NCBI GenBank assembly: GCA_964016885.1
Contig: OZ024742.1
Coordinates: 299,522,001 to 299,586,000, forward strand
DNA: 64,000 nt
Direction of reading: 5' to 3'
From: Eledone cirrhosa
Taxonomy: Eukaryota
Both the position numbers and the translations under genes were made by a program. Every line of letters begins with the position of its first letter. The first letter of the stretch is position 1. Shown here piece by piece: positions 39,279 through 52,700 of the stretch. The notes under the pieces were generated by a model. The model did no database searches. It worked only from the letters and a program-made list of their open reading frames with translations, and was not told where the DNA came from.

Positions 39279-40828
39279 AATGGTACATTACTCTACGTGT
39301 ATGCACGTAATGAAAGACACATATACTTCCATTAATTTAGGAGAACATCAAGATTAAAATTATACATCACAAATAATTAATCCAGAAGTTATTTAAATGA
39401 ATTATGTAAAGAAATTTGCTAAGCCAAATTTGTTCTCAAGAGGTAATCTTCAAAATCCTGTTCTTAAACTTCATTCTCTTGTATTACATATTAAACTACA
39501 CTATTTACTGGTTTCAGTAACGTGACTACGGCCATGCTAGAGCATTGTCTTCAAGTGCTTTAGTTGATCTCATTAACCCCAGTATTTATTTCAGCCTGAT
39601 ATTTATTTTATGGATCGATATCGAAAAGCTAGATTATGATTTCGCATAAGTAAACACAGCTAACAAAACGGTAAACGAATTCCATTATGGACAGGGATAC
39701 AGCCATATACATTAAAACTACAAATAGTAAATAATTTTGAACTTTTTGTTCAACAAACACAATTGCGATCTCAGTAGTACGTAGGTATTTTGGAGGCATA
39801 TAAAGTTGAGCGGTTTATAGGTTTGTTTCTCAATCATGGGGTTCTTGGTTCGATCCATAGCAGGGCATCTTAGGTAAATGTCTTTACCATAACCGTAGAT
39901 CAACCTTAGTGAAATTGGGAAGACGGAAACTGTGTAGAAGCTCGACTTATGGATTTTTCTGTAATTCAAATGTATAGACTCGTGAAATTTGATGAGGCTT
40001 ATTTGACTTGGGAGTTACACATATCTGTGGGATACTCAACCACTTACACACTAATACACTAGGTAGACATTAAGTCGATCGAACATATGAATACTCATGA
40101 TTAGATTTTATAACCTCAATGAAGAAAGTAATAAACGTTTAATTTTCTGTTATTTACCCTCCAGTCTCGATTGGTGGAATTGAAAATAATGGAATTGGGT
40201 AAATATCATTTTACTCTTATAGTGTTTTCAAACACAGTCTTGAAGAAAATTAATTAGTCGTTCGTATCAACCACAGTACTTTGTTTCAAGTTCCTTACTT
40301 CTTTCATCAATCTCTTCTTTGGAACAAACTACATTACGAGACATAAGCAAAGAGCAAACCTAAACACAGACACACCGACACACACACATATACAACAGAC
40401 ATCCACTGAGTTTTCAGTTACCAATTTGATTAACAAGGCATTATACGTGACGAGACTATAGAGCAAGATGTGTGCTAGGTGTCGCGCAGAAGAACTGAAC
40501 CCAAACGCATGTGCTTGTGAAGGAAACTCCTTAACCGCACATCCATACCTGGGCCTTAATAGACTTTCTTTCAAGAATAGTTATATAAAAACAGCAATAT
40601 TCTTCAAACAAATACTATGGAATTGTTATATATTTCACGAAATATTTACTGCGTATGTGTATGTTTGTGTGTATGGTTCTGAAATGCAATAGGAGAAAGA
40701 AGAAATGTAATAGTCTAGTGATTCCTAGCCTGGGGTATGCCAAAACCGTAAGACCCTTAATGGTAAACAGAGAAGAGCGCGCTGTTTCAATTACCTTTAT
40801 TAAAAACATATATACACATATTATTTAG

Positions 40829-41268
40829 TGGATTGGCAGTATCGGTAGATGGTCGGACGCCATACTTTGCAGCATAGAGTGGCGGCCATTTATGATTTGA
40901 GTTCAAATCTCGCCGAGGGTAACTTTGCCTTTTTCCTTACGGAGGTCGTTAAAATAAAGTACCAGTCACGCACTGGGGTCGATTTGATCGACTTTCCCCT
41001 CCCCCAAAATTGCTGGCCTTGTGCCTCTATAAGGAATCATTATTTAGTATCTACGCTTCTCTAATTGTAAAATATGTTTCTCGATAATCATTATTAATTG
41101 GATTGGTAGTATCAGTAGAGGGTCGGACGCCATGCTTTGTAACAATGAGTTACGGGCCTTTATGGGGTGAATTCAAATTCCGCCGAGGTTAACTTTGCCT
41201 TTCATCCTTACGGGATCAATAAGATATAGTACCAGAAATGCTGGGACCTTGTGCCAAAAGTAGAAACA
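40829..41268 (+). mobile_element. Two tandem SINE A copies (40829-41038 and 41100-41268)
   Basis: Both match 284-469. The first is flanked by attatttagt, the second by a ~55-bp direct repeat. Confidence 0.88.
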
Positions 41269-42191
41269 ATTATTTAGTATCTACGCTTCTCTAATTGTAA
41301 AATATGTATCTCGATTATTATTAGTATTGCTGTATATTAATCTATAAGGGAAGTAATGGTAGCGGATAATCCATGGGAAATTTAATTTAAAGGGATGCCT
41401 TGTATTAACGAGGTTCGGAATGACGGCACTAAATCCTGACAGCACGCATATTCTAAGGTTTTACATAGTTTTTCTTTTTTCCTTTTTTTTGTAATGTTGA
41501 GTCTTTAGTTTAGTTAATTAACTGAATTTTTCTCTGTCCATTAGCAATTGGATGCTACCAGTATCGATCTATATTGCAAATAGTATTCTGGCGCCCCAGT
41601 AGCAAATTATAACGGCTGGTAAGGCTTTCACCGCAATCATAATGCTCTTTATGAGAGATTTTGTAGAATTGTGTGTATGTCCATATATACATACGTACAC
41701 ATAATTCAGTCAAATACGTATACATCCTTGCCGTGGTGCATACATTCATACATACATACATACATACATACATACATACATACATACATACATACATACA
41801 TACATACATACATAACTGTCGAATACTAGAACGAAAATTGGCCATTTTCATCGACCTTTACCAATAAAATCTCAATGGAGAAAGATTTATACAATACTGG
41901 CTGACGTTGACAGAACCATGTGTGTTAGAGAACAATAAGCCACTCACATGGTGACAAACGACTAGGCAGTTGCATGCCATAATTTAACAGATAATGTATA
42001 CAGACTCCGGGGCAATATCGTAGTAACAATATCATTAGAATTGAACAAACGGGTGGATATGAAAATAATAACAAAGTTATGACGGCCTACTAGAAATCTC
42101 GTGATAATCTTGCTAAAGTACAAGATAGCATACGATTCTGCTTGCTAAACGGGACATGCAACCACTCATTGCATCTATATATATATACGGA

Positions 42192-42198
<7 letters not shown>

Positions 42199-42281
<83 letters not shown>
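42199..42281. repeat. (GA)n microsatellite
   Basis: Directly visible. A (TACA)n tract also lies at about 41740-41812. Confidence 0.97.
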
Positions 42282-42282
<1 letters not shown>

Positions 42283-42483
42283 ATGTCCTTTTCTAATATA
42301 TTTGTGTAATAAACATATCATTCCTAGACTGAATATTTGAAAACAATTTTTACATAATTAAAAAGATATTGGTTAATAAGAGTAATTGTCTACTTCAAGG
42401 TTTCGCCCAAGTTACCAGCTTCTCAACCCCCTCTCTCTATCTATCTATCTTTATCTATCTATCAATTTATCTATCTATCTATC

Positions 42484-45400
42484 GCGTAGAAGATAGACGT
42501 GTTTATGTTTCGCTCCTGCATTTTGTCGGAATTTATTACGAGAAGCGGTGGGTTTGTTTAAGTAACTTGTTATTTGTTGTGTTTAACCCCTCGCCTGGGC
42601 CTGCAGACGTTGGGTAAAATAAATTTCGCCCCTTTTTGGGGCGAAATTTAATAGTTATAAGTTGTCGATGAAAAGTCGTTTAGTGACAATGGACGCCATT
42701 AATACGACACATGCCACGCCCCCCAAGTAAAGTGATAGAGAGAAGGTAGAAGCACAACGCTGTAAGCCTTCCCTCCTAACTCCCGCAAAAGACACCACGG
42801 AATCAAAAGAAAAAAATGTGGAAATGGGTGAAAACCCCCAAAGTAACAATTACACAAACAAGAATAACAATGACAATAACAACACAACCAACAACAGCAA
42901 CAATGACAATAACAACACAACCAACAACAGCAATAATGACAACACCAACAAAGGAAAAAAGCAAGCCAACACGAATAACCACAACAACAATGATAACAAC
43001 ACGAAAGAAAATGGACCCACAGCTGCAGTCTCCTTCGCACAGGCGGCACTGGACATCTCGAATGCCAAGAAATTGCTGAAAGAAGCAAGGAATTGTGTAA
43101 CTTTTGGGGAAGGTGGGGAATTCACAATTAACTCCCCCGAAGAAATTAGAAGGGACACAGTCCTCAGGACCGCAATCTTTAGGACAGTTTCCAACACGAC
43201 TAGGAACCCGTCTCAATTGTCCCAAAGCGAAATTGAATGGTCCTAAGTAGTGCCTGGAAGGATATCGCTTTCATACAGAAAGGGAAACTGTATGGAAGCA
43301 TATCTGTTTTAATGCAAGATGAATTGACGACACGGAAATATTCTCTGTCGCCAATTGTATCCAAAGCATACACCTTTCTCCCCACATATTTGGGGAAAAG
43401 AACACAAAAGATAAGAATCTCGAGCATCAGGCTAAATGTGAGCATTTGGTGGGTGCTAACGGGATTCTTAGAAGATGAGGACACAATCCTTTCGATAGGC
43501 AAATCCACCGGGGGCGTATTCGGCTGCAATAGCCTTGAAGTTCTGGTCCAAATGAGACGAGAACGGATAGCAAGAATACCGCAGCGTGTAACCCTGGATG
43601 GAGTCGCCTTCATAAACATTTCTGTTGAGGGCAGGCGGCCTTCATGCTACAACTGTTCAAGAAGTGGTCACCTGAGGGCTTCCTGTCCCCTTTTAAATGC
43701 ACCCCAAAAAGACGCTTCTGCCCACCCCACACACAACAACACACCCACCACCACCACAACAACAACAACCACAAAAACACGAAAAAATAACAACACAACC
43801 CCTCGCCACCTAAAACAAATACAAAAGCAACCACAACAAAACCCCAAAATATACTCCTCCCCAACAACACGGACGCGGACCCCTTATCAACGTCAACCAG
43901 TGACGACGAGGGAGAACCCTTTCAACCTGTAAAAAGAAAGAAAAGAAGGCACCACATTAACAAAAATGCCACAAACACACAACCACCAGCACAAATAGAA
44001 CAAACATCACAAACAACAAAGCCCACCCCTCCCGAAAACATAACACATACTACAAAACGCAAACACACACAAGAACGACAAACAAAAACAAACACAACAC
44101 AACGAAAACAGTATATATACATCAACACAAACAACAAAACACTTGTGCAAACAATAGACAAAGACCCTTCGGTGGCAACCGAAGGGAAAATGTTCACCAA
44201 CGCGGCGACTAAACCGCATTTAATAATGATTAGGGTCCCAAGGGACACCTACGCAATGCTCAAACAGAACTTTCCCGAGGACGTGGGGAACCCCTGTACT
44301 AGACCTATCAACCGCGCCCTCTTAAAATGTTTCCCCACCACCGCCCCAGACACCCCTCCCCACCAAACACCTCACCCCACCACACACTGATGTCCCCACC
44401 ACATCCCAAATCACCACCCCACCAAACAACCCAGCCGACACCCCCATGGAAATCGTGCGGCCTGGTCCCCAGGAGAAGGACAGGTAGGTGTCTTTTCCTT
44501 TTTCTCCACTCTAAACTCTTCACCACCAACATGGCTGTTATAAGAGTTGGATATTTAAATGTGCGCGGCCTGGGGATGTCCTGGAAGCAGAGCAAACTCT
44601 TAAATGACCTCAGGTCGCACAGAATGGATGTGATAGCTATTTGCGAGTCCAGGATCAGCAGCGAGCACCAACTGGCCCCCATCTTCGACGACTTTGAGAT
44701 CTATGCATCTCTCTGTCAGCCGGGTGGTGGGGCGGGGTGGTCGTTCTGCTGCGAAAACAACTGGGCCTCGCAACACGGAAGGTACACCTGGACCCGGAGG
44801 GTCGACTGGTGGTTCTAGACGTCGGCAGTAGTGAAGGTGGAACCTTTAGGTTGGTGGCAGCGTATGCCCCATCTGGGACACCGCGACCGGACTTCTTCCA
44901 ACGCCTAGAAATTTCTGGGAACATCTCGCTCCTTGTTTTTAGTGGGGGACTGGAATGGTATCCTGGATGCACGTTGGGACTATGTAGGTGGATGTCCCGA
45001 TAGAGGGGGGTGTAACAGCCTCAAACGGTTAATCGGCCGATTTGATCCGGCCGATAGATATCGACTAGATTTTCAGACTGTGCCACTGTGGACGTGGACT
45101 AATCCCAGCGGGACATCTAGGTCGTACCTAGATAGGTTCCTAGTTAGAAATAAGGATAGGGATATATTAAGCTGTTCACGAATGTTCATTGTTGACTATT
45201 CGGATCACAAGTTGGTGACCGGAGTGGTCAACCTTGATAGAACCCTTAGACAAGGACCCGGTTACTGGAAGCTGAACTTGTCGTTACCGACAAACAAAGC
45301 TTACAGTAAGCGGATTAGCACTTTAGTTAAGCAACGGTTGACGGGGCAATTGTCAACAGCAGGTGGTGGGGATCTCTCAAGAGAGAAATTAGAATAGAAT

Positions 45401-46520
45401 GGATAGGTTTTAGTCAGGAATTAGCATCAGATAGGAAGAGAACTGAAAGGGCATTGATAGATAGAGTAGAAGAGGCGATTAGGAGTGGCAACGTGGCCGG
45501 CGTGCTGGCGTCAAGAACGGCCCTAGACCAGTTCTTTGACGCGAAGCACGAGGGCTGTGTTGTCAGGAGTAAAATACGTGCTCTGGTTAACGAGGGAGCC
45601 AAAGCTGTTAGCTGGGCCCAAGTGACAGAGGAAAAAAGTAGAAACAAGTCCACGATTCGGTCTTTGAAGGACCAGGATGGGCGCGTGATCCTTGAACCTG
45701 AGCGGATGTGCGCGGCCTTTCAACGGCGCTTTGCACGAGGTTCAGGAGGGGCGGCGGGCCGGGTGAGGCCATGGATTTCGGTCCATACCTCGACGGTCTG
45801 CCGCGGCTCTCAACATTTTTAAGGCCGATTTCAGCCGCTGAAATAGGGGAAGCGCTGAGCCAATGCAGCAAAAGCAAATCTCCCGGTCTCGATGGTCTAC
45901 CATACAAACTTTATGTAGCGATGCCGGACTTGTTCTCCGATCTCCTCGAGGCGGCCTACTGCAACTGGCAACAGAACGGGAGAATTCCCAGTTCTGTGAC
46001 CAAGGGCGTAGTCACGTTGGTGAGGAAGGACGAGAACAAGGGGGATGACATAGATAACTTCAGGCCCATAACTCTGCTAAACACAGAGTTAAAGATTTTG
46101 GCCAAGGTGTTAGCGAAGAGGTTCGTGCTTGTGGTCGGGAACCTGGTGGGGGAAGCGCAGACATGCGCAATCCCGTCCAGGTCCATACACGACAATTTAT
46201 ACCTCATGCGATACATCGTAGAGAAGGTAGGGAACGAACCCGGCTTTGGTGGGGCCCTGATTAACTTGGATCAATCTAAGGCGTTCGATAGGGTCGACCA
46301 CCGGTACCTGGATGCGGTGCTCGAGGCGGCAGGCTTCAGATCCGTTTTCAGGGGCTGGATTGCTGCAATGCACAGCAGCAACACCTGCTCGAAGGTCAAG
46401 GTGAACGGTTACCTCTCGGAGCCGTTCCAAATAGCGCGATCCATCCGACAGAGATGCCCTCTCTCCTCTATGTGCTGGATCTCGAGCCACGACTGCGGAA
46501 GTTGGAGCTGTTGCAGTGAA
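42484..46520 (+). mobile_element. Tx1/L1-clade LINE, 5'-complete, truncated within RT
   Basis: Follows (CTAT)n. ORF1 pieces at 42668-44390 include CYNCSRSGHLRASC. ORF2 starts at ATG 44531 (MAVIRVGYLNVRGL, APE; SDH; KSPGLDGLP; NFRPITLLN; DQSKAFDRVDH; IRQRCPLS) and stops before YADD. Confidence 0.92.
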
Positions 46521-46547
46521 TCCCCTTGAATCCCCAGTGAATCTCCA

Positions 46548-46813
46548 GAGCTAGTGAAAATATATGCTATTTCCAAAAATACACATTGACTGATTGGCCT
46601 GATTTGCATATTAGCAAACAGGCAGACATTCAGATCTGCATATTAGCAGATCCACTGATCAGCCAAATTTGCATATCAGCAGATTGGCCACTCAGTTTCC
46701 GGCTTTGCCAGATTCAAATATGCAGATCTGACTGTCTGCCAGTCTGCTAATATGCAAATCAGGCCGATCAGTCACGGTGTATTTTTGGAAATAGCATATA
46801 TTTTCACTAGCTC
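46548..46813. repeat. Foldback/palindromic element with ~95-bp arms and internal GCATATTAGCAGA subrepeats
   Basis: GAGCTAGTGAAAATATATGCTATTTCCAAAAATACAC is perfectly inverted at 46777-46813, and pairing continues inward. Confidence 0.9.
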
Positions 46814-46820
46814 AGACAGT

Positions 46821-46900
46821 TTGGCAGGTGAACAGTGAGCTGTACTGATGAAGGGTGAGACCCAGAAACATTAGTGTCTGCAGTTCTGTTCACATGCCAA
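46821..46900 (+). ncRNA. Type I hammerhead ribozyme with extended stem I
   Basis: ttggcaggtgaacagt-gagctgta-CTGATGA-a gggt(gag)accc a-GAAA-cattagtg-TC-tgcagttc-tgttcacatgccaa. GUC cleavage triplet at 46876-46878 and a ~20-bp bulged stem I. Confidence 0.8.
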
Positions 46901-49586
46901 CACAAGAGCAAGAAGGAAGGGTTCATTCTACTGACATGGCTATAAAATTGAGGCTTGTTTGCATAATTGCAAACGAATCGAATGTTATTGTTAATATTCG
47001 AAAAACTCAGATTACATTTATTATGTATATATATATATATATATATATACACTTCTCTAATATATATGTAAAGACATATGTATGACGGTGAGTAGAGATA
47101 GCTAGATAGATAGATAGAATAATAGATAGATAAGCGTGTATTTATTTGTGTGGTATGTCCGAACTATGTATCATGCAATATTTTATTCGTTCTAGGGTAC
47201 GTCAATTTATGCTCATGTTCACTTGTCCGTTGTGCATTATAATATTGACGAAATAAGTATAATGCGTGATATAATCAACTAAACCACTTGAATGCGGTGC
47301 TCCAGAATAGCCGCGGTCAAATGTGTAAAAACATTAAAGAACAGAACAATAATGCAATAGCTATGGCCTAACATATATGGAATAAATTACTATGATCGCA
47401 AGAAATTGCAAAACTTTTCATTTATTATTCAACTTTTCAAGGAGCCAATATTCTTATATGAAATGAACCATCATTCGTTTCGACAATATGTGTTCCTGTT
47501 ATTGGATCGGTTTATGTTAAATTAACGAGCAAATAACAAGTAAATTATAAGTTAAACCTACATGATTGAGATGCGAACTTCTTTACCATTAGTTCAGCCA
47601 GTGATATATAACGGATGCAACATGAGCTAATGGTTGTAAAATGCATTACGCAATCACGAGGAGCCTGGTTCAATGCCACTGTGTCGCATATTGGGCAAGG
47701 TATTATTTTTACCATTGCGTCGGCGTAAAGAGTGTGACTGAAATTGGGTAGACGGAAAATGTGTGAATTGTACCCATAATTCAGGCTTGAGACATACTGA
47801 GTTACGTCAAATCTCTCTCGGGGTTACGTTAAGTGTACATATGTTGCTGGAATACTGAACCACATACACACTAATTCAATGAAGTAATTCAATAATTCAG
47901 TTGATCAAATAACTGAGCATTCATCACTATCACTGACGGTGATCCCTTATTTATTCTTATATAAGTTATAATATATTCATGAATATTGACATATCTATTA
48001 TATTTGTAATATAACCTTGTCATTCGGTGTAGTTACTTATGGAGTTAAGAATCATTTTCCTTACCTTCGTTTATAATTTCGGAGTAAAGAGGCCGCGTAG
48101 AAATTCTAATATCTAGTACATACTACAGCAACACAAACTGGCACTACCTGAAATAATGAAAGTATTCATTGAACGTTTTATTTCGATTTACGAATAATTT
48201 CTCTTCATAAAAGGAGAAAAGTATGCCAAGGTAATTTACATGACATAATATTCCATGCTTCAACATAATTGTAACGTTATGAGACTCTTCAGGGACCTTA
48301 ATATACGACATATTAAACTTCTAGAGGAGTTCACACTCACAAATACAGTTTTTAGTGGTGAGTTTTCTTTTCTTATGAACATATTAGTTTTATGGGAGAT
48401 TCAAAACTTGTTTTGTCCTAGACATTGAAATTCAAATCAATATTCTGAAAAGAAAATATATATTATATATAATCGTGATTCAAAAATCTTGATAACCAAG
48501 CTCCATTTCATAAAGGCCATAAGTGGCTCAGACAATATGTATTGCTGCAGCTCATGGACAATAAATCAACTAAAGCCAAACGCATTAACGCGTTCGATCA
48601 TGACCTTTTTTTTTGTGGCAGGAAATATTGACAAAACAGCGCTGGAGAGATGCATTGATATCTGCTTGGCCTTTTATTGCTGAAAGTTATATGTACGTAA
48701 ATTAAACTATTGTAATCATACACTGAAATGTAGCGGTCTCTTGACTGCAGCAATCACAAGTTTTCCTCTGAATGGAGAAAAAGGATGTAGGTGGAAAAAT
48801 GCTAGAGGCGAGTGTAACGTGACAAAGTGTTGCTGTCTTTCATCTGACGAGATGAAATACGCTAAATGATTCAGAAACTTGATCTAACAGTGGTCGCAAC
48901 TGTTTTTCCATAGAAGTGGGCGCTTATGGCTCAGATTACGTCCCTTGAGGAATATTAATAAACATGGAAAATCGATGTAAGTTTATCACTTGTAATTGTA
49001 AAAGAATAATAGTTGGTAGAAAAGGGAATAAATGTAATATCATATTATTGTAATCAATAAATCCCAACAGAGTTAAATAAATTGAAGAATGCCATTCTTT
49101 TAAAATCACTACATGAACAAATAAGTATGACAATGTGAACTGGTAATTAAGTCCTAGTATTCGAGGGATGAACATTCTACGTTATATATTTTCTACTGAA
49201 AATCCCTTAGAAGCCCAAAAGTCATTGCTAAGGCAAGATAATTGTGCTATTAATGGAAAAGTGTTCATTGAGTGCATTAATATTTGTATTATAAACCATT
49301 CTAAACTATAATCACACGATAGTATCTTACTATTTCGACACACGGAACTATCATATTTAACGATTATGTTTATAGATAGTCGATAAATTCAACATTTCTT
49401 TAATGAATATCGTATTTAATGGTTATTAAATGCAACTGATTAGACTTTAAACTCTTAATCAAATATAAATAAATGAAACAAAAGATTAAATGTTTATAAA
49501 TTTGTCTCAGCGACAAAACAATTACTCTTTAATTAAATTAAATTACATATAACTATGACTGTTTAAACATTTTATTATCATAGGAA

Positions 49587-49797
49587 GGGGGGTTGGCAGT
49601 ATCGGTAGAGCATCGGACAATATGCTTTGTGGTGTAAAGTAACACCCCTTTACACGCTGAATTTAAATACCGCCGAGGGTAGTTTGCCTTTTATCCGTAC
49701 GGTGTCGATTAAATAAAGTACCAGTAACGTACTGGGTCGATTTAATCAAATTTTTCTTCCCCTAAAATGCGTTAGTCTTGTGCTTAAATCAAAAACC
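49587..49797 (+). mobile_element. SINE family A copy
   Basis: Matches 284-469, with attatcat flanks. More degenerate copies near 49935, 51740(-) and 52280(-). Confidence 0.8.
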
Positions 49798-52700
49798 ATT
49801 ATCATGAAAAGGTTTTCTGGGTTTTAATCTAACATTTGTCTCTTCTGAAATTAGCACCAGAAATGATTTCTCAACTGCGTTATTAGATTCTGTTGTTTCA
49901 CGATAGGATTATCATTATTGTCATTCCTCAACCAGGTGGTGAATTGGCAAAGTTGTTAAGGCCTTAAATTAAATTATTCGGCTTTTTGTTCTTGTTCACT
50001 ATACTCTGATTTCAAAGCAAGTCGAGGACAACTTTGCCTTTCACATTTTCAAAAATAATAATTAAATAGCAGCTCAGTATTGGGATTGAATCTTCCTATA
50101 TCTCTTTTTAACATTTTCCTTCGTTCTCTCTCCTCTTCCCTGGAAATAATAGGCTGTATCTTGACCTGGAGAGGGGTGGACTCCATCAGGTTTTAAATAC
50201 CCATGGCTCGCCGTATGTCAGGACGGCACTACTACGACTCCATTTAGATCTAAGGGGCCTTTCCTTTTCCTAATATAAATAGAACTTATCTTTACATTAA
50301 ACACACTCGAGGGAAATGTATTATCAGAATTGTTTGAGCGTGGAGCAATTAATTTCTTTGCTTTTTTTACGCTTCTTTGCGGTTTGATTTCGTATTCTAT
50401 TAAGGTTAACTTCATCTATCGATATACTAGTATATATAATCGATTCCAGTAATTAACTGGTAAACTATGTTATCTCCAAAAATGTATAGCCCTTATGGCT
50501 ATATGTTAAGAACAGTCACTTGGTTGAAATTTAAACATCGACGTACTCACTACGAAAAACAAAATGCATTTCCAGTACTATATGTGAGTTTTTAAAATAT
50601 AACTATCGACAAATAGATTATAAAACTTTATGGTAACATACAAGTAGAGCTGGTGCCTTGGTATTTATCGCTCTAGGATAACCACAAAATATGCATCCTT
50701 CTGTTATATGTCGCACTTTCCCAAATAAAATATGTTTGATAAACTAGTGAACTAGTATTTTGACACTTCTTCCTTTGAGTAGATAAAGAAAACAATTAAG
50801 CTTCCATTTTCTTCTACACAGTCCACATTGAGCCACGCCAAATGATGTGACAGGTCATAACATCATACAACATTCTCCACCACCGTGGATATTTCAACAA
50901 AACTACTATACAACAGCGATGTTTAGTGATTACTGTATTGATCGTATGAAATTATTATATATTTTTAATTTAATTATACATTTTTTTATAACTGTGATCA
51001 ATTATGGTTTAGTAATACATCTCGCCTAATGGAAACGCTGGTCCTGACTGAAACCATGGTTTGATATAATTTTTTAGTGTTGAAAAAAAATCAAGCTTAA
51101 TCCAATGAATTAAATTATATCTCCATGTATATAATATGCAATAACTTTATTGCAGTTTTTATCAAATTTACACATTATCACAAGTTTGTTACTTTATAAG
51201 AGTTGCCAGATTGATTTATAGTCATCGTGTACACACACATAGCAACTTTACTCTGGAGATGGAATCAAATCAACCTAATTGTTAAATCAATGATATACCG
51301 ATAATTTGGTTTCTAGCCAGTTAGTAGAGCCAGTATTGAATGTTATTAAAGCGTACAACCATAAACTAGAATTTTGACTTCGGTAGGACTATGTCAAATT
51401 GACTCAATCTATCAACATTTAAATTATATTAGAATTTAAGACATCTCAAAATCACTTTTTGTTTAAGGAACTCTCGCAGGAATTTTATGCAGAAACGTTC
51501 TAAACCGTATAATCAAAGACAGACTCATGTTTATTAGTTTTTCTTTTATTCATAGCTTACATATTTAATAATATATTTCATAACTCCTTATGGAAACGTT
51601 GGCGCACCGTTGTGACATACGATGTGCTTTTGGAATTTAAAAGCTTGTAACAACACCCCGGCCCTTCCAGTTTTGACCAGAGCGGATTATTTTCCACAGA
51701 ACGTCGGAGAAAACGGAAAGCGAGAAAGAAGATTCGACACCAGTACTGGACTCACATTTTGTAGATTCTGCAATGATCAAAAGCAAAGTTTGTATCGGTA
51801 GGGTTTGTAATCAAATTATAGAGAGTCGGAATAAATGTCACAAAGCATTATACCCGACATCCTCTTGACTCTGTTAATTTGCCATCTTAGCTTATACACT
51901 TAGTAAGTCAGTAACGTTTAAAAAGAAAGTTTACAGAATATCAGGAATAGTACCTATTCGTTCTAACTTTTGTGGAATTTAATAAAGAAAGTATATTCTA
52001 AGTCTTGATTTTCTCATTTCAATTTTAACTAGATTTTGATGCATAATTATATTAAATAATATGCAACATAAATACGCATATTATAAGGTCGTGTATAAAT
52101 ATTTATGAGATACAATGTAATTTCAAACATTTTGACATTCCTATTAATAATTTTATACAACTAAATGCACGTATGGGTCTTGAACTCCCAATGAAGTCGT
52201 AGGGACGTCGTCGTGACCACTCTCCATGGTAGAACGTAGTCCATTTCTTCCCAAGAGAGAATCAGCTCCATTGCTGGACTGATACTTTATTGACCGCGAA
52301 AGGATGAAATGCAAAGCTAACCTCGATAGGTTTTGAATTCGGATCGCTGAAAGCTGGAACAAATACCGCAAATAATCATAATTAGCGTTCATACGACTCG
52401 GCTACTTCGCTGCCGTCTATATACAACTAAATATTCTAATGTAAAGACTACATTTTTTTTTTTTTTTAGAGAAAACAAAGTAAAATTTTCCCATCGTTTC
52501 GAAAGCAATTCAAGCGTTTTCGAATTTCATTTTATGCCGAATCTGTTGAGTGCAGATTACCGATACTAGCCTGTAGAGAAACAAGTCTGTGGCTATAACA
52601 GTACCTCCAAACCTTTCATACTTTTTGTACCTACATTTGAATGATTCTTAATATGTTGCATGTATTTGTGTGTTGAGTATTTCAAAGACACGTGTACGCA

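Noticed and set aside
48843-48900. CTGACGA followed by GAAA
   Set aside because: No credible stem II, stem III or stem I pairing; likely a chance match.
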